Source of the DNA: the human T2T-CHM13v2.0 reference genome, Homo sapiens
Reading direction: 5' to 3' (one strand)
DNA length: 64,000 nucleotides
Assembly: GCF_009914755.1 (NCBI RefSeq)
Contig: NC_060941.1
This document shows positions 49,342-62,900 of the stretch, in pieces; the first letter of the stretch is position 1, and each line of letters begins with the position of its first letter. The translations under genes were made by a program, and so were the position numbers. The notes beneath the pieces were generated by a model. The model saw nothing but the letters and a program-made list of their open reading frames with translations. It searched no databases and was not told where the DNA came from.

Positions 49342-51307
49342 ACAAAATGACTTGCGATAAAACTGCTCTGATCGCAGGGATCTAGGTCTCTGGCCTCCTC
49401 CTAACTTCCACAGTGACATCTGATGGGGCACCAAGGAATACAGTTTGAAAACCATTAGCTCTCACTAAAGACAAGCTAGGGAAGTCTAAAGAGAGAATAA
49501 CCTACCGAAGGTCACATGGTCAGTCGGTTAATGGCCGACAAGAGTCCAGCATTTTCCCAGCACCTGACTCTGCTTTACCCCATGTACTGGTCAGATGTCA
49601 GTGTTCTGTGTTCTTAGAATGAGCAGGTCTTGGTCCTTACAACAGTAACTTCAAGCTTTCATAGGAGGAAAAAGTTCCAAGAAAAAGGAAAATTACATTT
49701 TACCTGGCAAAACTGATTTTGTAGGTAATGGGGCCTATCTTAATCCAATTTAATAACATCCAGAGATGACTAGCGAAAAGAATAACTTTTCCTGGCAACA
49801 CTGCAAGCATCTGAGTGTTTAACTGCACAATTTCGGACATGACCATGGCAGCTACTAGCATTCGTGAGACATCAGGGCTCTGCAAATGGCTCTCCTGCGC
49901 AAAGCATGCTCACAGGGCAGAGGTGGCCCTGTGTGGGTGGAGGACATGCCAGAAGCATGGGCTCTACACCCAGAGCCTTCTTTCCACCCTAGTCCCTGCT
50001 CCCAAAATGCAATTGAGAACTGCATTTAATTAGTTACAAGAAACTGTTTGTTTTCTTCCATGCCAGTCAATACTATGACGGCTTTAAATCAACTGCATCT
50101 AATCCTATAAATACATCTCCGGGATGGAGCCTCCTCAAGATGTCCCATCAGTTTTGTTCATTTACTTCTATTCCTGAGATTCAGTTCTATGTCCTCTACT
50201 CTTCAATGAGACATGAGTCCATCAACAAAATAGCACTGGGAAAGGAATTCTAGTTTCTGACATTGAGACCTGGCTTCCAGTTTAAGCTCCTCCACTTCCA
50301 AGCTGTGCAACCCTGGGCCAACCACTTAACCTCTCTGAGCTGCAGTTTCATCACCTATAAAGCAAGAGGCAGGAATTGTGACGATAACATAAAGCATGTA
50401 AAAGAATTTAAAAGTGCAAAGGACTATAAAAGTGTGAGTATCCATTCTATTACAATCATTTAATCAAGGGACCAGACACATTTGATTGCATCATTTCAGA
50501 ACTGCTCCTGGAAGCTCTGCTCTCTTGGCTCCTGCCCTTGTGGTGCTGGGAAAGAATGAATGCAGGGCTAGCTGCAAAGTACATGGTTACAGGTTTCTCA
50601 GAGCTGGTCCTCCCAGCCAGCCTCCCTTTTGGTGGTGTCTGGAGCAAAACAATACCGTAAAATAATCCTCCAGCAGCCAAGTGTAGACAATTAAAAACAG
50701 GGATCACTAATCTAGAAGGGAAACGTTCTGATTTATTGCTCTAACCTCCCTTGTCATAACATGGCAGTTAACCAAAAACACCATTCTGTAGGATGAAGGG
50801 AGAGGAAATTTAGACTTGGACAGAAAAATCCAAAGGAAATTAAAGTGTTAGTGTGCTCTGAAAAGTAACTCTTCAAATATGCCACTGGCCACCTTGACAT
50901 TTCCAGGCCTCCCCAATGGCTTCCAGACCTAAAGTGATCAGCTTACACTGCATGGAGGCCTCTCCTAGCCGAGGGTGCTGCTGGCTTCCCGGGGATTGTT
51001 CAGCCTCTCTCATCATCACTGTACCAGATGACAGTCAAACCAAAAACTCAGCTGACAAGCTCAGGAGATGCTGAATGAGGCAGAGCAGAACTCTCCTGGC
51101 CCCACCACAGTGGCTAATGAAGCTTGTGTGTGTCCTGGAGGCGGGGCTCTTCAGGAGCAGAGATGTGGGCAGGGAAGTCTGCCCTTTCATGGAGTTTTCT
51201 ACATGCACTTTCAGATAAAGGCCTTCTGTAAAGACCACAACAGCTGTCATCTCTGAACGTGGCCAAGAGCCAAAGGATCGTATCTGGAGCAAGCAGACCG
51301 ATTTTCA

Positions 51308-51460
<153 letters not shown>

Positions 51461-52703
51461 TTAGGTAGATATGAGAAAGAGAGGTGTTTTCTGAGCATAT
51501 TCAATAGCTTTCCCCATTGATCTGCTTTTTCTAGGTGTCTCCAACAAGGAAGTCATGCACGCTATCTGATGAAGAAGAACTGAGGCAACCCAGACCACAT
51601 TCTTGCCTCCGGGCCTTCACAGTGCTTTCCCTCTTCCTGCAACCTCCCCGACCACCCCGCCCCAACTCGAATCTGGCTAAAACGCTCACGCATCCTCAGT
51701 CCTCAAACCGGAACTCCGTTCTGCTGGGAAGCCTTTCCCATCTGTCAGGTTTGGGTCAGATGTCCCTGACACGTGTTCCCAAACCAAGCTACATGTCTCC
51801 TACCCAGGCATTTATTAAAATATAGCAATTGCCCATTATTTGTCTTTTCCCTTCTGGCCTCCATGATGGCAGAGATTGTGTCTGTCTTGTTCCCCATCCT
51901 ATCTCAGTGCCTAGCATGTAGCAGGTCCTCAGTAAATAGAAATGAATCAAAGTGCCAGATGGATTTCAACGCAAGAACAAACTACAAAACTAATCTCATG
52001 TGTTCTAGATTAACAGATGTCTCTTCCCAAGTAAGCCCCATTACAACAACCACAACAGAAATCTCCTTGAGAAAATCGACTTCTCAGCTTCCAAATATGA
52101 CCACTATTTCAAAATACATCACGGAGTGGAAACATGGGCCAGTGGGAAGGCTGCAGGCAGGAGGCATGGTAGCTGTAGCTCCAACCGTGCGGCACTGGCC
52201 CTATCACCCAGCTTCTCTGAGCCTCAGTAACTTCATCTGCTGAATGAGGATGTAGTCACAGGACTATCTGGAGGATCAAATGTGAAACCCTAGAAGCAGC
52301 ACATGATACACACAAGGGTCACTGATGACGTTAATTCCAGTACAACTACAGAATCAAGGCAGCTCTCTGGAATTCCTTTACAGTTTTCACCTAGAGATGT
52401 TGTTTATGCCTGGGAGCTGAAGGCTTTAGCAGAAAGGAGGCCAACTGGACAAACAGAAAAGAGGGACTGCTTGGTGCTGGGGATGAGGGAAGGGGGCAAG
52501 GCATGGCTCTCTGGAGACGAGAAGTTAATGGAGAGGGAGTTTCTAAATGTACTTGATATTTTAGCCAATACCAGTGGGTCAATCTGAATTAATCTCTAAG
52601 CCAAAAGGGACAGCAGATGGACTATAGCGTGAATAACTTTGCCAAGTGCCAGGACACCATCTGAAGCTATTACAAACAAAAATAAAACCAAAACTTACAC
52701 AAA

Positions 52704-53072
<369 letters not shown>

Positions 53073-53798
53073 TTAATAACTGCTTATTTTTTGGCCAAAA
53101 CACTTGGATGCAAGTGATGTGGACAGATACAGCCTCGGTGCATGACAAAGCCTTGTGGTGATGGCATTAGCTCGAGGTAATCAGTAGTAAGATGATGGTT
53201 TTTGTGGTATCCTGGTGATAAACAATATGGTCTAACACCCAAGCAAGTATTTCACATTTGCACACTCCAAACTTTGGCTTCTTTACCTAACATGAGAGAA
53301 AAAAAATCCTTAAAAATGTACAGCTCTTGTTAGAAAGCAGTATTTCTAAGCTTGAGTTGTCTTCTTAAGGGCTGCTGATATTTTAGAGAGAGAGGAATAG
53401 TAATAAAGGGAATCTACCAAGCTTAATCTTCAACAACCATTAAAAAATTAAATTAGGTAATAGCATTAGACTCCTGATTCCACTGGCTTAACAGTGGGCT
53501 CTGGGATTATGCTGTTGAGCTGAGTCACTATGATTCTAAGTCTTTTGGTCCTTTGTAGATATGAAAAGCAAGTCAGCTAACTGAAGTTAAAAGCTTTGAT
53601 CAAAATCATTCAGTGACAGACACAGAATTTGAGTTTTTGAACTAAATGCCCCTCATCTATTGCTAAGTCTATTGGGTTGATAACAGCACCTCACAATTAC
53701 ATAAAGATGGGCCTCGTTTTTAAAACATAATGTGTTATTGGAAATCATGGCAAACAGCAGATGTCAGTGACGTGGACTGAGAACGTTCCCGGGCTCTG

Positions 53799-54022
53799 CT
53801 CTCGCTGGCATAAAGCATCAAGAAAACGCAGAGGGTAGGAAGAAGTCAAACCTACTCTCGCTGGCGTAAAGCATCAAGAAAACGCAGAGGGTAGGAAGAA
53901 GTCGAGCCTACTCTCGCTGGCGTAAAGCATCAAGAAAACGCAGAGGGTAGGAAGAAGTTGAACCTACTCTCGCCGGTGTAAAGCATCAAGAAAACGGAGA
54001 GGGGAGGAAGAAGTCGAACCTA
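53799..54022. repeat. 56-bp minisatellite x4
   Basis: ctctcgctggcgtaaagcatcaagaaaacgcagagggtaggaagaagtcgaaccta, starts at 53799, 53855, 53911, 53967. Confidence 0.95.
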
Positions 54023-54117
54023 ACGGGCAGCCCTGAAGAAGCAGGCACCATCTGAGGCAGGTGAGCACAGGCCACTCGCTCAGTGTCACCATCTGGGATA
54101 GAGTGAGCATGGGCCAA

Positions 54118-54304
54118 CCTCAGCCTCCTGAGTAGCTGGGACTACAGGTGCACATCACCACACCCAAGTAATTTTTGTATTTTTTGTAGAGATGGGATTT
54201 TGCCATGTTGCCTGGGCTGGTCTGAAACTCCTGACCTGAAGCAATCCATCTGTCTCAGCCTCCCAAAGTGCTAGAATTACAGGCGTGAGCCACCATGCCC
54301 GTCC
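54118..54304 (-). mobile_element. Partial Alu
   Basis: Reverse Alu lacking its 3' end. Confidence 0.8.
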
Positions 54305-54404
54305 TCTATTAACATGAGGGGAGTTGTGGACATCAAGGAGCTCCTAGCTCACTCATTTGTGGCACATGCATTCCACATGTGGACCAAGTTAGTACAGGAA
54401 AAGT

Positions 54405-55905
54405 GATTCATTCCTTCCCTCATCCACTCAACAAAGGGATATGCTTGGCCCTAGGAGTAGAGCAGTGAGAAAGACAGGCCAGCCTCCGCCCTCATGGAGA
54501 TTAGAGTCTGCTGGGGGAGACAGCCTTCAATCCAACAGTCACACAAACAGTGAGAAGGGCCAGGAAGGAAAAGCAGTCGTCATGGAAACGTGCAACAGAG
54601 GGCCGCAGCCGTCCCTAAAGAAAAGATGTCTGAGCCAGAGCTGAAGGATGCCTCAGAGTGAAATATATGAGGGGTGGAGGGCGGAGGGAACAGCACGTGT
54701 CTGCCGCTCACTCAACAATGATGTACTGGGCATCCACTCTGCTCCAGGCACTCTTGGGTGCACCAGGGATGCAAGTGAGGAAGATGGATTAGAGAGGCGG
54801 CACTGTAGTGGTGAGAAGAAAACTCAGGGAGTGGGATGAGCTGGGGATGAGGGTGGGAAAGTGCTTCTACACACAGGGTCATCAGAAAAGGTCTCTGAGG
54901 AGATGACGGCTGAGCTGAGTAAGAAGGAACTGCTCAGGCAAAACCCAAGGAAGGGTGTTCTCAGCAGGGAGACCCGGTGGAGACGCTGGAAAGCATATGG
55001 TGAGTCTGAGGGACAGAAAGGAAGATGGGGGCCTGGGGTAAGAGGGGTGGCGGGAGTCCCATCATATTGGTGAATCAGGGATGGAAAGGAAGATGGGGGC
55101 CTGGGGTAAGAGGGGTGGCGGGAGTCCCATCATATTGGTGAGTCAGGGACGGAAACGAAGATGGGGGCCTGGGGTAAGAGGGGTGGCGAGAGTCCCATCA
55201 TATTGGTGAGTCAGGGACGGAAACGAAGATGGGGGCCTGGGGTAAGAGGGGTGGCGAGAGTCCCATCATATTGGTGAGTCAGGGACAGAAAGGAAGATGG
55301 GGGCCTGGGGTAAGAGGGGTGGCGGGAGTCCCATCATATTGGTGAGTCAGGGACGGAAACGAAGATGGGTGCCTGGGGTAAGAGGGGTGGCAAGAGTCGC
55401 ATCATATTGGTGAGTCAGGGACAGAAAGGAAGATGGGGGCCTGGGGTAAGAGGGGTGGCGGGAGCCCCATCACGCAGCCTTTTGTGGGCCATGGTAAGGG
55501 TCGGTTTTCTTCTCACTGCAATTGGGCAGTCGCTGGTAGTTTTCAACAGCGAAGTGATGTGATCTAATTTGGATTTTAAAAATATTCCACTGCTGTAGGG
55601 GAATGGATTATAATGACAGCAGGCAAACCAGTTTAAGAGGCTGCTACAGTGCTCCAAGAAAGGGCTGATGGGAACCGGACTAAGCCAGTGTTCCAGGAAA
55701 GGGCTGATGGGGAACTGGACTAAGCTGGTGATGGACGATAGAAAAAAGTGTCCATCGGATTTGGGGCACAGTTAGGAGGCAGAGCCAGGAGGCTTTGCTG
55801 AGAGAGTGAGAACGAGGGTGAGGGAATGAAAGGAGTGAAGGGACAGTCACTTTCTGGTCTGAGCAACTGCACGGCTGATGTTGCCCTTAACTGAGATGGG
55901 GCACC
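54405..55905. mobile_element. Degenerate L2 remnant hosting the 68-bp VNTR
   Basis: L2-type motifs: ttcattccttccctcatccactcaacaaa; tgtgggccatggtaagg...gtgatgtgatctaatttggattttaaaa; ttctggtctgagcaactg...actgagatggg. Confidence 0.6.
54999..55471. repeat. 68-bp minisatellite x~7 with AP-1 and G4 motifs
   Basis: ggtgagtcagggacggaaacgaagatgggggcctggggtaagaggggtggcg(g/a)gagtcccatcatatt; TGAGTCA at 55139, 55207, 55275, 55343, 55411. Confidence 0.95.
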
Positions 55906-56150
55906 CTCGTGTAGTGGCAAGGGCACAGGCTCCGTATCTGACAGACCCGGGTTCGAGTCCAGGTTCCACCATGGGGTATGCTGTTTAACTTCTAGCCTCA
56001 GTTCTCCTACCTGCAATGTGAAGGGATAGGAATACCTACCTCGTATGGCTGCCATGAGGATGGGATGAGGCATGCGTGTCAGGCGTGAGCTACACAGTTA
56101 CGTGCTGCCATGAGGATGGGATGATGCGTGCGTGTCAGGCGTGAGCTACA

Positions 56151-56674
56151 CAGTCATGCACCACATCACCATGTTTCCATCCATGACGGGCCACGGTACA
56201 AGGCGGTTCCACTAGATTATACTGGAGCCATACGATAGAGTAGGCCAGGGGTCCCCAACCCCTGGGCCACAGTCCATGGCCTGTTAGCAACCAGGCTGCA
56301 TATCACGAGGTGAGCAGCAGTGAGTGAGCATGACTGCCTGGGCTCCGCCTCCTGTCAGGTCTCATAGGCAAACCCTGTTGTGAGCTGCTCATATGAGAGG
56401 TCTAGGTTGCACACTCCTTCTGAGAATCCAATGCCTGATGATCTGAGGTAGAACAGTTTCATCTCGAAACCATCCCCTACCCCCATCCCCTGCACTCCCA
56501 CCCCCACCCCCACCTCTGGAAAAACTGTCTTCCACAAAACCAGTCCCTGGTGCCAAAAAGGTTGGGGACAGCTGGAGTAGGTTCTAGCAGGCACACTCTA
56601 TGAGGTTTGCACAGTGATGAAACTAATGATGCATTTCTCAGAACATATTCCTGCTGTTAAGCAATGCATGACTG
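56151..56674. mobile_element. Tigger3/MER7-type non-autonomous DNA transposon interrupted by MER1B
   Basis: Terminal inverted repeats cagtcatgca (56151) and tgcatgactg (56665-56674); internal atgcatttctcagaac motif. Confidence 0.75.
56246..56574 (+). mobile_element. MER1B (hAT-Charlie)
   Basis: Ends caggggtccccaacc ... ggttggggacagctg; 8-bp TSD gagtaggc / gagtaggt. Confidence 0.85.
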
Positions 56675-58229
56675 AATATATACAGCAGCTTAACATGCTG
56701 TCTGGCACAGAGGGCAAGGCTCAGCAAGGGGAAGCTTTGAGCAGTAATTAATAGGGTGAGCTACGAAACAAGGCAAAACTGTTGTGCTTCTCTTAATAAA
56801 GCAGCTCACAGAAAACGTGGGCATGCAGGCTTAAAAGTCTTGTCAAAAGAATTTCTATTAACCATAAGTGGAGCCTCGTCCCAACTACTTTGTCTCTTTG
56901 GGATCTCTCTAAGAAATAAAAGCAAAGGGCCCATCAACTTTGCACTTTCTAAGTGGAAAGGCACACGGAGCTGCTCCTTTCTTCCCCAGTCTACAACAAC
57001 GCACATACCACCCTCCTCCCTGTTGATAAAAGTCCTAAAACCCTAAGGTGTGGATATGCATTCCCGCTAGTTAGAGGGCTACATTACTGCTCAGATTGAC
57101 TTGCTAAGATGAAAGAACAAGTCCTTGTGGGGAGCGATCACTGGCATAACGCAGCCTTCTGTGCTAAGAGCCACACAGATCACGCTTCTCAGGCTTGCTT
57201 TGCAGCTGTCACAGGCCACAGAGAATTACAACTTTGGGGTTAGATTGTCAGTAACTCAAAGGACATATTTCATGAACTCTGAGGCTGCTAAATAAAGCCA
57301 AAAATTTCCAAGAAGTGAATGACTTCCAATTTTGAAAGAATTCATTCTTTTTGCTATGATGACAGTTGATTTCAAGCCGATATAGGAAAGCAAAATTCTT
57401 CATATAGCAAGTTAATCCCTACTGATTAAATCACAGGGGATTCCCAGCACCTTCAAAACAGTTCAGACCACAGGACAGTCAGGCTGTCTAATTCACTGTC
57501 AAGAAGGGAAAGTCTGGCTTCAGTCAGCAGTACATCCGTATCTCATCTGCCTACACAAATCCCTGTGTGAGGCCCTAGCTGGACACATCGAATTATCAAA
57601 GAAGGAACTCTGAAATTTAAGACTCTTCCTTTCCCTAGAGGGGAAAGCTTTCGCTTGTGAGATGAAAGTTCCTCAGTTTCTGCATTTCTCACTCCATAAA
57701 TGCTTTACTCCAGCCCAATTCCTAATTGGTCCTTAAAGAGATGGCTGCGGGGCTTTAGCTGACAGTCAGGACTGCAAGCCCAGGGGTTCACACACTTGGT
57801 GTCCACCATTTCTGGGGCTACTCTCTTGCTACCGCCATGTCCACTTCTTCTATTGCAACAGTTATGTACAGACTTCTTTCTCCTACTAGACCCTAAGTGC
57901 CTTCCCGATCCAATTTCTCATCTTTTCCAAAGCCCTGAACAAAGAGGGAAGCTTGAAAAATATAAGTGGGTAAATGCTGATCAGATGAAAGGCCCTCAAT
58001 AAAATCCTCTTCAGAAACATGGGCAACACTTTCTATTTTCTGTAAACAAAACAAAAAGCCTGCGTATATGTGTGCAAGCGTGCTTGCAGAAGCGTCAAAA
58101 ATATACCCCAAAGAATTAAACAGTGTGGATACCTCCAGGGGGAGGGATATACAGTAGTTAAGAAGAGATGTTTATTTAAAATTTTTTTTTCTATTTGAGT
58201 TTTTAATAGGCATATATAGCTATTTCTGC

Positions 58230-59140
<911 letters not shown>

Positions 59141-59476
59141 ATTAAAAAAAAAGAATTCAGATTGCTTTGCTTTTTCTATTTGGCAGAGTTACCCCTTCAC
59201 ATTAGGCATGGCACATTAACACTGTGAGATGCACTGAAACAAGCAGGGACTACTTTTAAATCTTAACTGCATTTGGAAGAACAGAAAGGAAGAGGAACAG
59301 AAAGATGTTTAAAGCAGAGGCTGAAATTGAAAGTGCTCACAACTTGAGCCGATAATTCCACTAGTGTCGTAAGAAAATCATCTCACTGCTTTGGGTAAGA
59401 GACAGCGAAGAGGAGAGAAGAGAGAAGAGAAGAGAGGAAAAAAACAATCTCAAATGCATATAAAATTAGTAGACAA

Positions 59477-59755
59477 GGCCGGGTGCGGTGGCTCACGCCT
59501 GTAATCCCAGCACTTTGGGAGGCCGAGGTGGGCGGATCACGAGGTCAGGAGATCGAGACCCTCCTGGCTAACATGGTGAAACCGTCTCTACTAAAAATAT
59601 AAAAAAAAAAATTAGCCAGGCGTGGTGGCGGGCGCCTGTAGTCCCAGCTACGCGGAGGCTGAGGCAGGAGAATGGCGTGAACCCAGGAGGCAGAGCTTGC
59701 AGTGAGCCGAGATCGCGCCACTGCACTCGAGCCTGGGCGACAGAGTGAGACTCCG

Positions 59756-59797
<42 letters not shown>
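59477..59797 (+). mobile_element. AluY whose tail is a (CA)~21 microsatellite; TSD aaattagtagacaa
   Basis: AluY diagnostics; TSD at 59463-59476 and 59798-59811. Confidence 0.92.
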
Positions 59798-59800
<3 letters not shown>

Positions 59801-59979
59801 TTAGTAGACAAAAATATTCATATAGCCCTATTTATAAAAGTGAGAAAAAACTAAGGGTCCTACGAGAAAAGAATAATTAGGGGAATCACTGAGTATCTAT
59901 AGAATAAAATCTTTCTGTAGTAGTTGAGAAACAACTTAAGCTGTGACATATGAAGCATATTTTCATATGTGTGTGTGAG

Positions 59980-62900
59980 TTAATATGGAAATTAACTCAA
60001 AATGGATCAAAGATATAAATGTAGCAGCTGAAACTATAAAACTCTTAGGAGGAAACCTAGGTAAGTCTCTGTAGCCTTGGATTACGTAACAGTTTCTTGG
60101 ATATGACACTAAACACAAGCAAGAACAAAAAACCTTCATTAAAACGGAAATCCTGTGAAATGACTATCAAGAGAGTGAAAACCCACAGATGGGAGAAAAC
60201 ATTGGCAAATCATATGTCTGATACATGATAGAATATCTAAAGAAGTTATAAAGCCTGGGCATGGTGGCTCACGCCTATAATCCCAGCACTATGAGAGGTC
60301 GAGGCGGGTGGATCACTTGAGGCCAGGAGTTCAAGACCAGCCTGGCCAACACGGCAAAACCCCGCCTCTACTAAAAAAAAAAAAAAAAATACAAAAAATA
60401 CAAAAATTAGCCTGGCATGGTGCTGCGCTCCTGTGGTCCCAGCTACCCAGGAGACTGAGGTCCGAGAATTGCTTGAACCCAGGAGGCAGAGGTTGCAGTG
60501 AGCCGAGATCTCACCACTGAACTCCAGCCTGGGCAACAGAGTGAGACTCTGTCTCAAGAAAAAAAAAAAAAAGTTATAGAATATATCTAGAATGTGTAAA
60601 CAACTCTTACAACTCAACAATAAAAACAATCCAACTAAAAAATGGGCAAAAAATGTGAATAGACATTTCCTTTTTTTTGAGACATGAGTGGCGCAATCTC
60701 AGCTCACTGAAACCTCCACCTCCTGGGTTCAAGCGATTCTCCTGCCTCAGCCTCCCGAGTAGCTGGGATTATAGGCACCCGCCACCACGCCTGGCTAAGT
60801 TTTGTATTTTTAGTACAGACGGGGTTTCACCATGTTGGCCAGGCTGGTCTTGAACTCCTGACCTGAGGTGATGCTCCCACCTCGGCCTCCCACAGTGCTG
60901 GGATTACAGGCGTGAGCCACCACACCCAGCTGAATAGACATTTCTTTAAAGAAGCTGTGCAATGTCACTAGTCAATGGGAAAAAGCAAATGAAAACCACA
61001 ATGAGATACTACTCTACACCCATGAGAATGGCTATAATTAGGGGAACAAAGGAGACAAGCGTCAGCAAGGATATGGGGAAACTGGACCCTCCTACATTGT
61101 GGGTAGAAATGTAAAACCGTGTGGCTGCTTCGAAAACAGTTTGCAGTTCCTCAAAAAGTTAAGCCTAGGGTTACCATGTGACCCAGCAATTCCACTCAGG
61201 TATATTCTCACAAGAATAGGAAACACGCTGACACGAAAACCTGTACAAATATTCACAGCAGTATTCATACAGTGAAAACCTGTACCGATATTCACAGCAG
61301 TATTCACATAGTGAGTTCACACAGTGAAAACCTGTACAAATATTCACATAGTGAGTTCACATAGTGAAAACCTGTACAAATATTCACATAGTGAGTTCAC
61401 ACAGTGAAAACCTGCACAGATATTCACAGCAGTATTCAAATAGTGAATTCACACAGTGAAAACCTGTACAAATATTCACATAGTGAGTTCATACAGTGAA
61501 AACCTGTACTGATATTCACAGCAGTATTCACATAGTGAGTTCACACAGTGAAAACCTGTACAGATATTCACATAGTTCACACAGTGAAAACCTGTACAGA
61601 TATTCACAGCAGTATTCAAATAGTGAATTCACACAGTGAAAACCTGTACAAATATTCACAGTGAGTTCACACAGTGAAAACCTGTACAAATATTCACATA
61701 GTGAGTTCACACAGTGAAAACCTGTACAGATACTCACAGCAGTATTCAAATAGTGAATTCACACAGTGAAAACCTGTACAAATATTCATAGTGAGTTCAC
61801 ACAGTGAAAACCTGTACAGATATTCACAGCAGTATTCAAATAGTGAATTCACACAGTGAAAACCTGTACAAATATTCACATAGTGAGTTCACACAGTGAA
61901 AACCTGTACAGATATTCACAGCAGTATTCAAATAGTGAATTCACACAGTGAAAACCTGTACAAATATTCACATAGTGAGTTCACACAGTGAAAACCTGTA
62001 CAGATATTCACAGTATTCAAATAGTGAATTCACACAGTGAAAACCTGTACAAATATTCACATAGTTCACACAGCGAAAACCTGTACAGATATTCACAGCA
62101 GTATTCAAATAGTGAATTCACACAGTGAAAACCTGTACAAATATTCACATAGTGAGTTCACACAGTGAAAACCTGTACAGATACTCACAGCAGTAATCAA
62201 ATAGTGAATTCACACAGTGAAAACCTGTACAAATATTCATATAGTGAGTTCACACAGCGAAAACCTGTACAGATATTCACAGCAGTATTCAAATAGTGAA
62301 TTCACACAGTGAAAACCTGTACAAATATTCACATAGTTCACACAGCGAAAACCTGTACAGATATTCACAGCAGTATTCAAATAGTGAATTCACACAGTGA
62401 AAACCTGTACAAATATTCACATAGTGAGTTCACACAGTGAAAACCTGTACAGATACTCACAGCAGTATTCAAATAGTGAATTCACACAGTGAAAACCTGT
62501 ACAAATATTCACATAGTTCACACAGTGAAAACCTGCACAGATATTCACAGCAGTATTCAAATAGTGAATTCACACAGTGAAAACCTGTACAAATATTCAC
62601 ATAGTGAGTTCACACAGTGAAAACCTGTACAGATATTCACAGCAGTATTCAAATAGTGAATTCACACAGTGAAAACCTGTACAAATATTCACATAGTGAG
62701 TTCACACAGTGAAAACCTGTACAGATATTCACAGCAGTATTCACACAGTGAAAACCTGTACAGATATTCACAGCAGTATTCAAATAGTGAATTCACACAG
62801 TGAAAACCTGTACAAATATTCACATAGTGAGTTCACACAGTGAAAACCTGCACAGATATTCACAGCAGTATTCACACAGTGAAAACCTGTACAGATATTC

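Noticed and set aside
49690-50100. Repeat-free stretch with a CAG|GTAAAA donor-like site on the minus strand (possible exon or conserved element)
   Set aside because: No convincing acceptor or match to VPS53 protein; conservation cannot be assessed without alignments.
54999-55471. Repeated GGTGAGT/GGTAAG donor consensus in the 68-bp VNTR as VPS53 cryptic donors
   Set aside because: They are on the plus strand, antisense to VPS53, and no antisense transcript can be supported from sequence alone.
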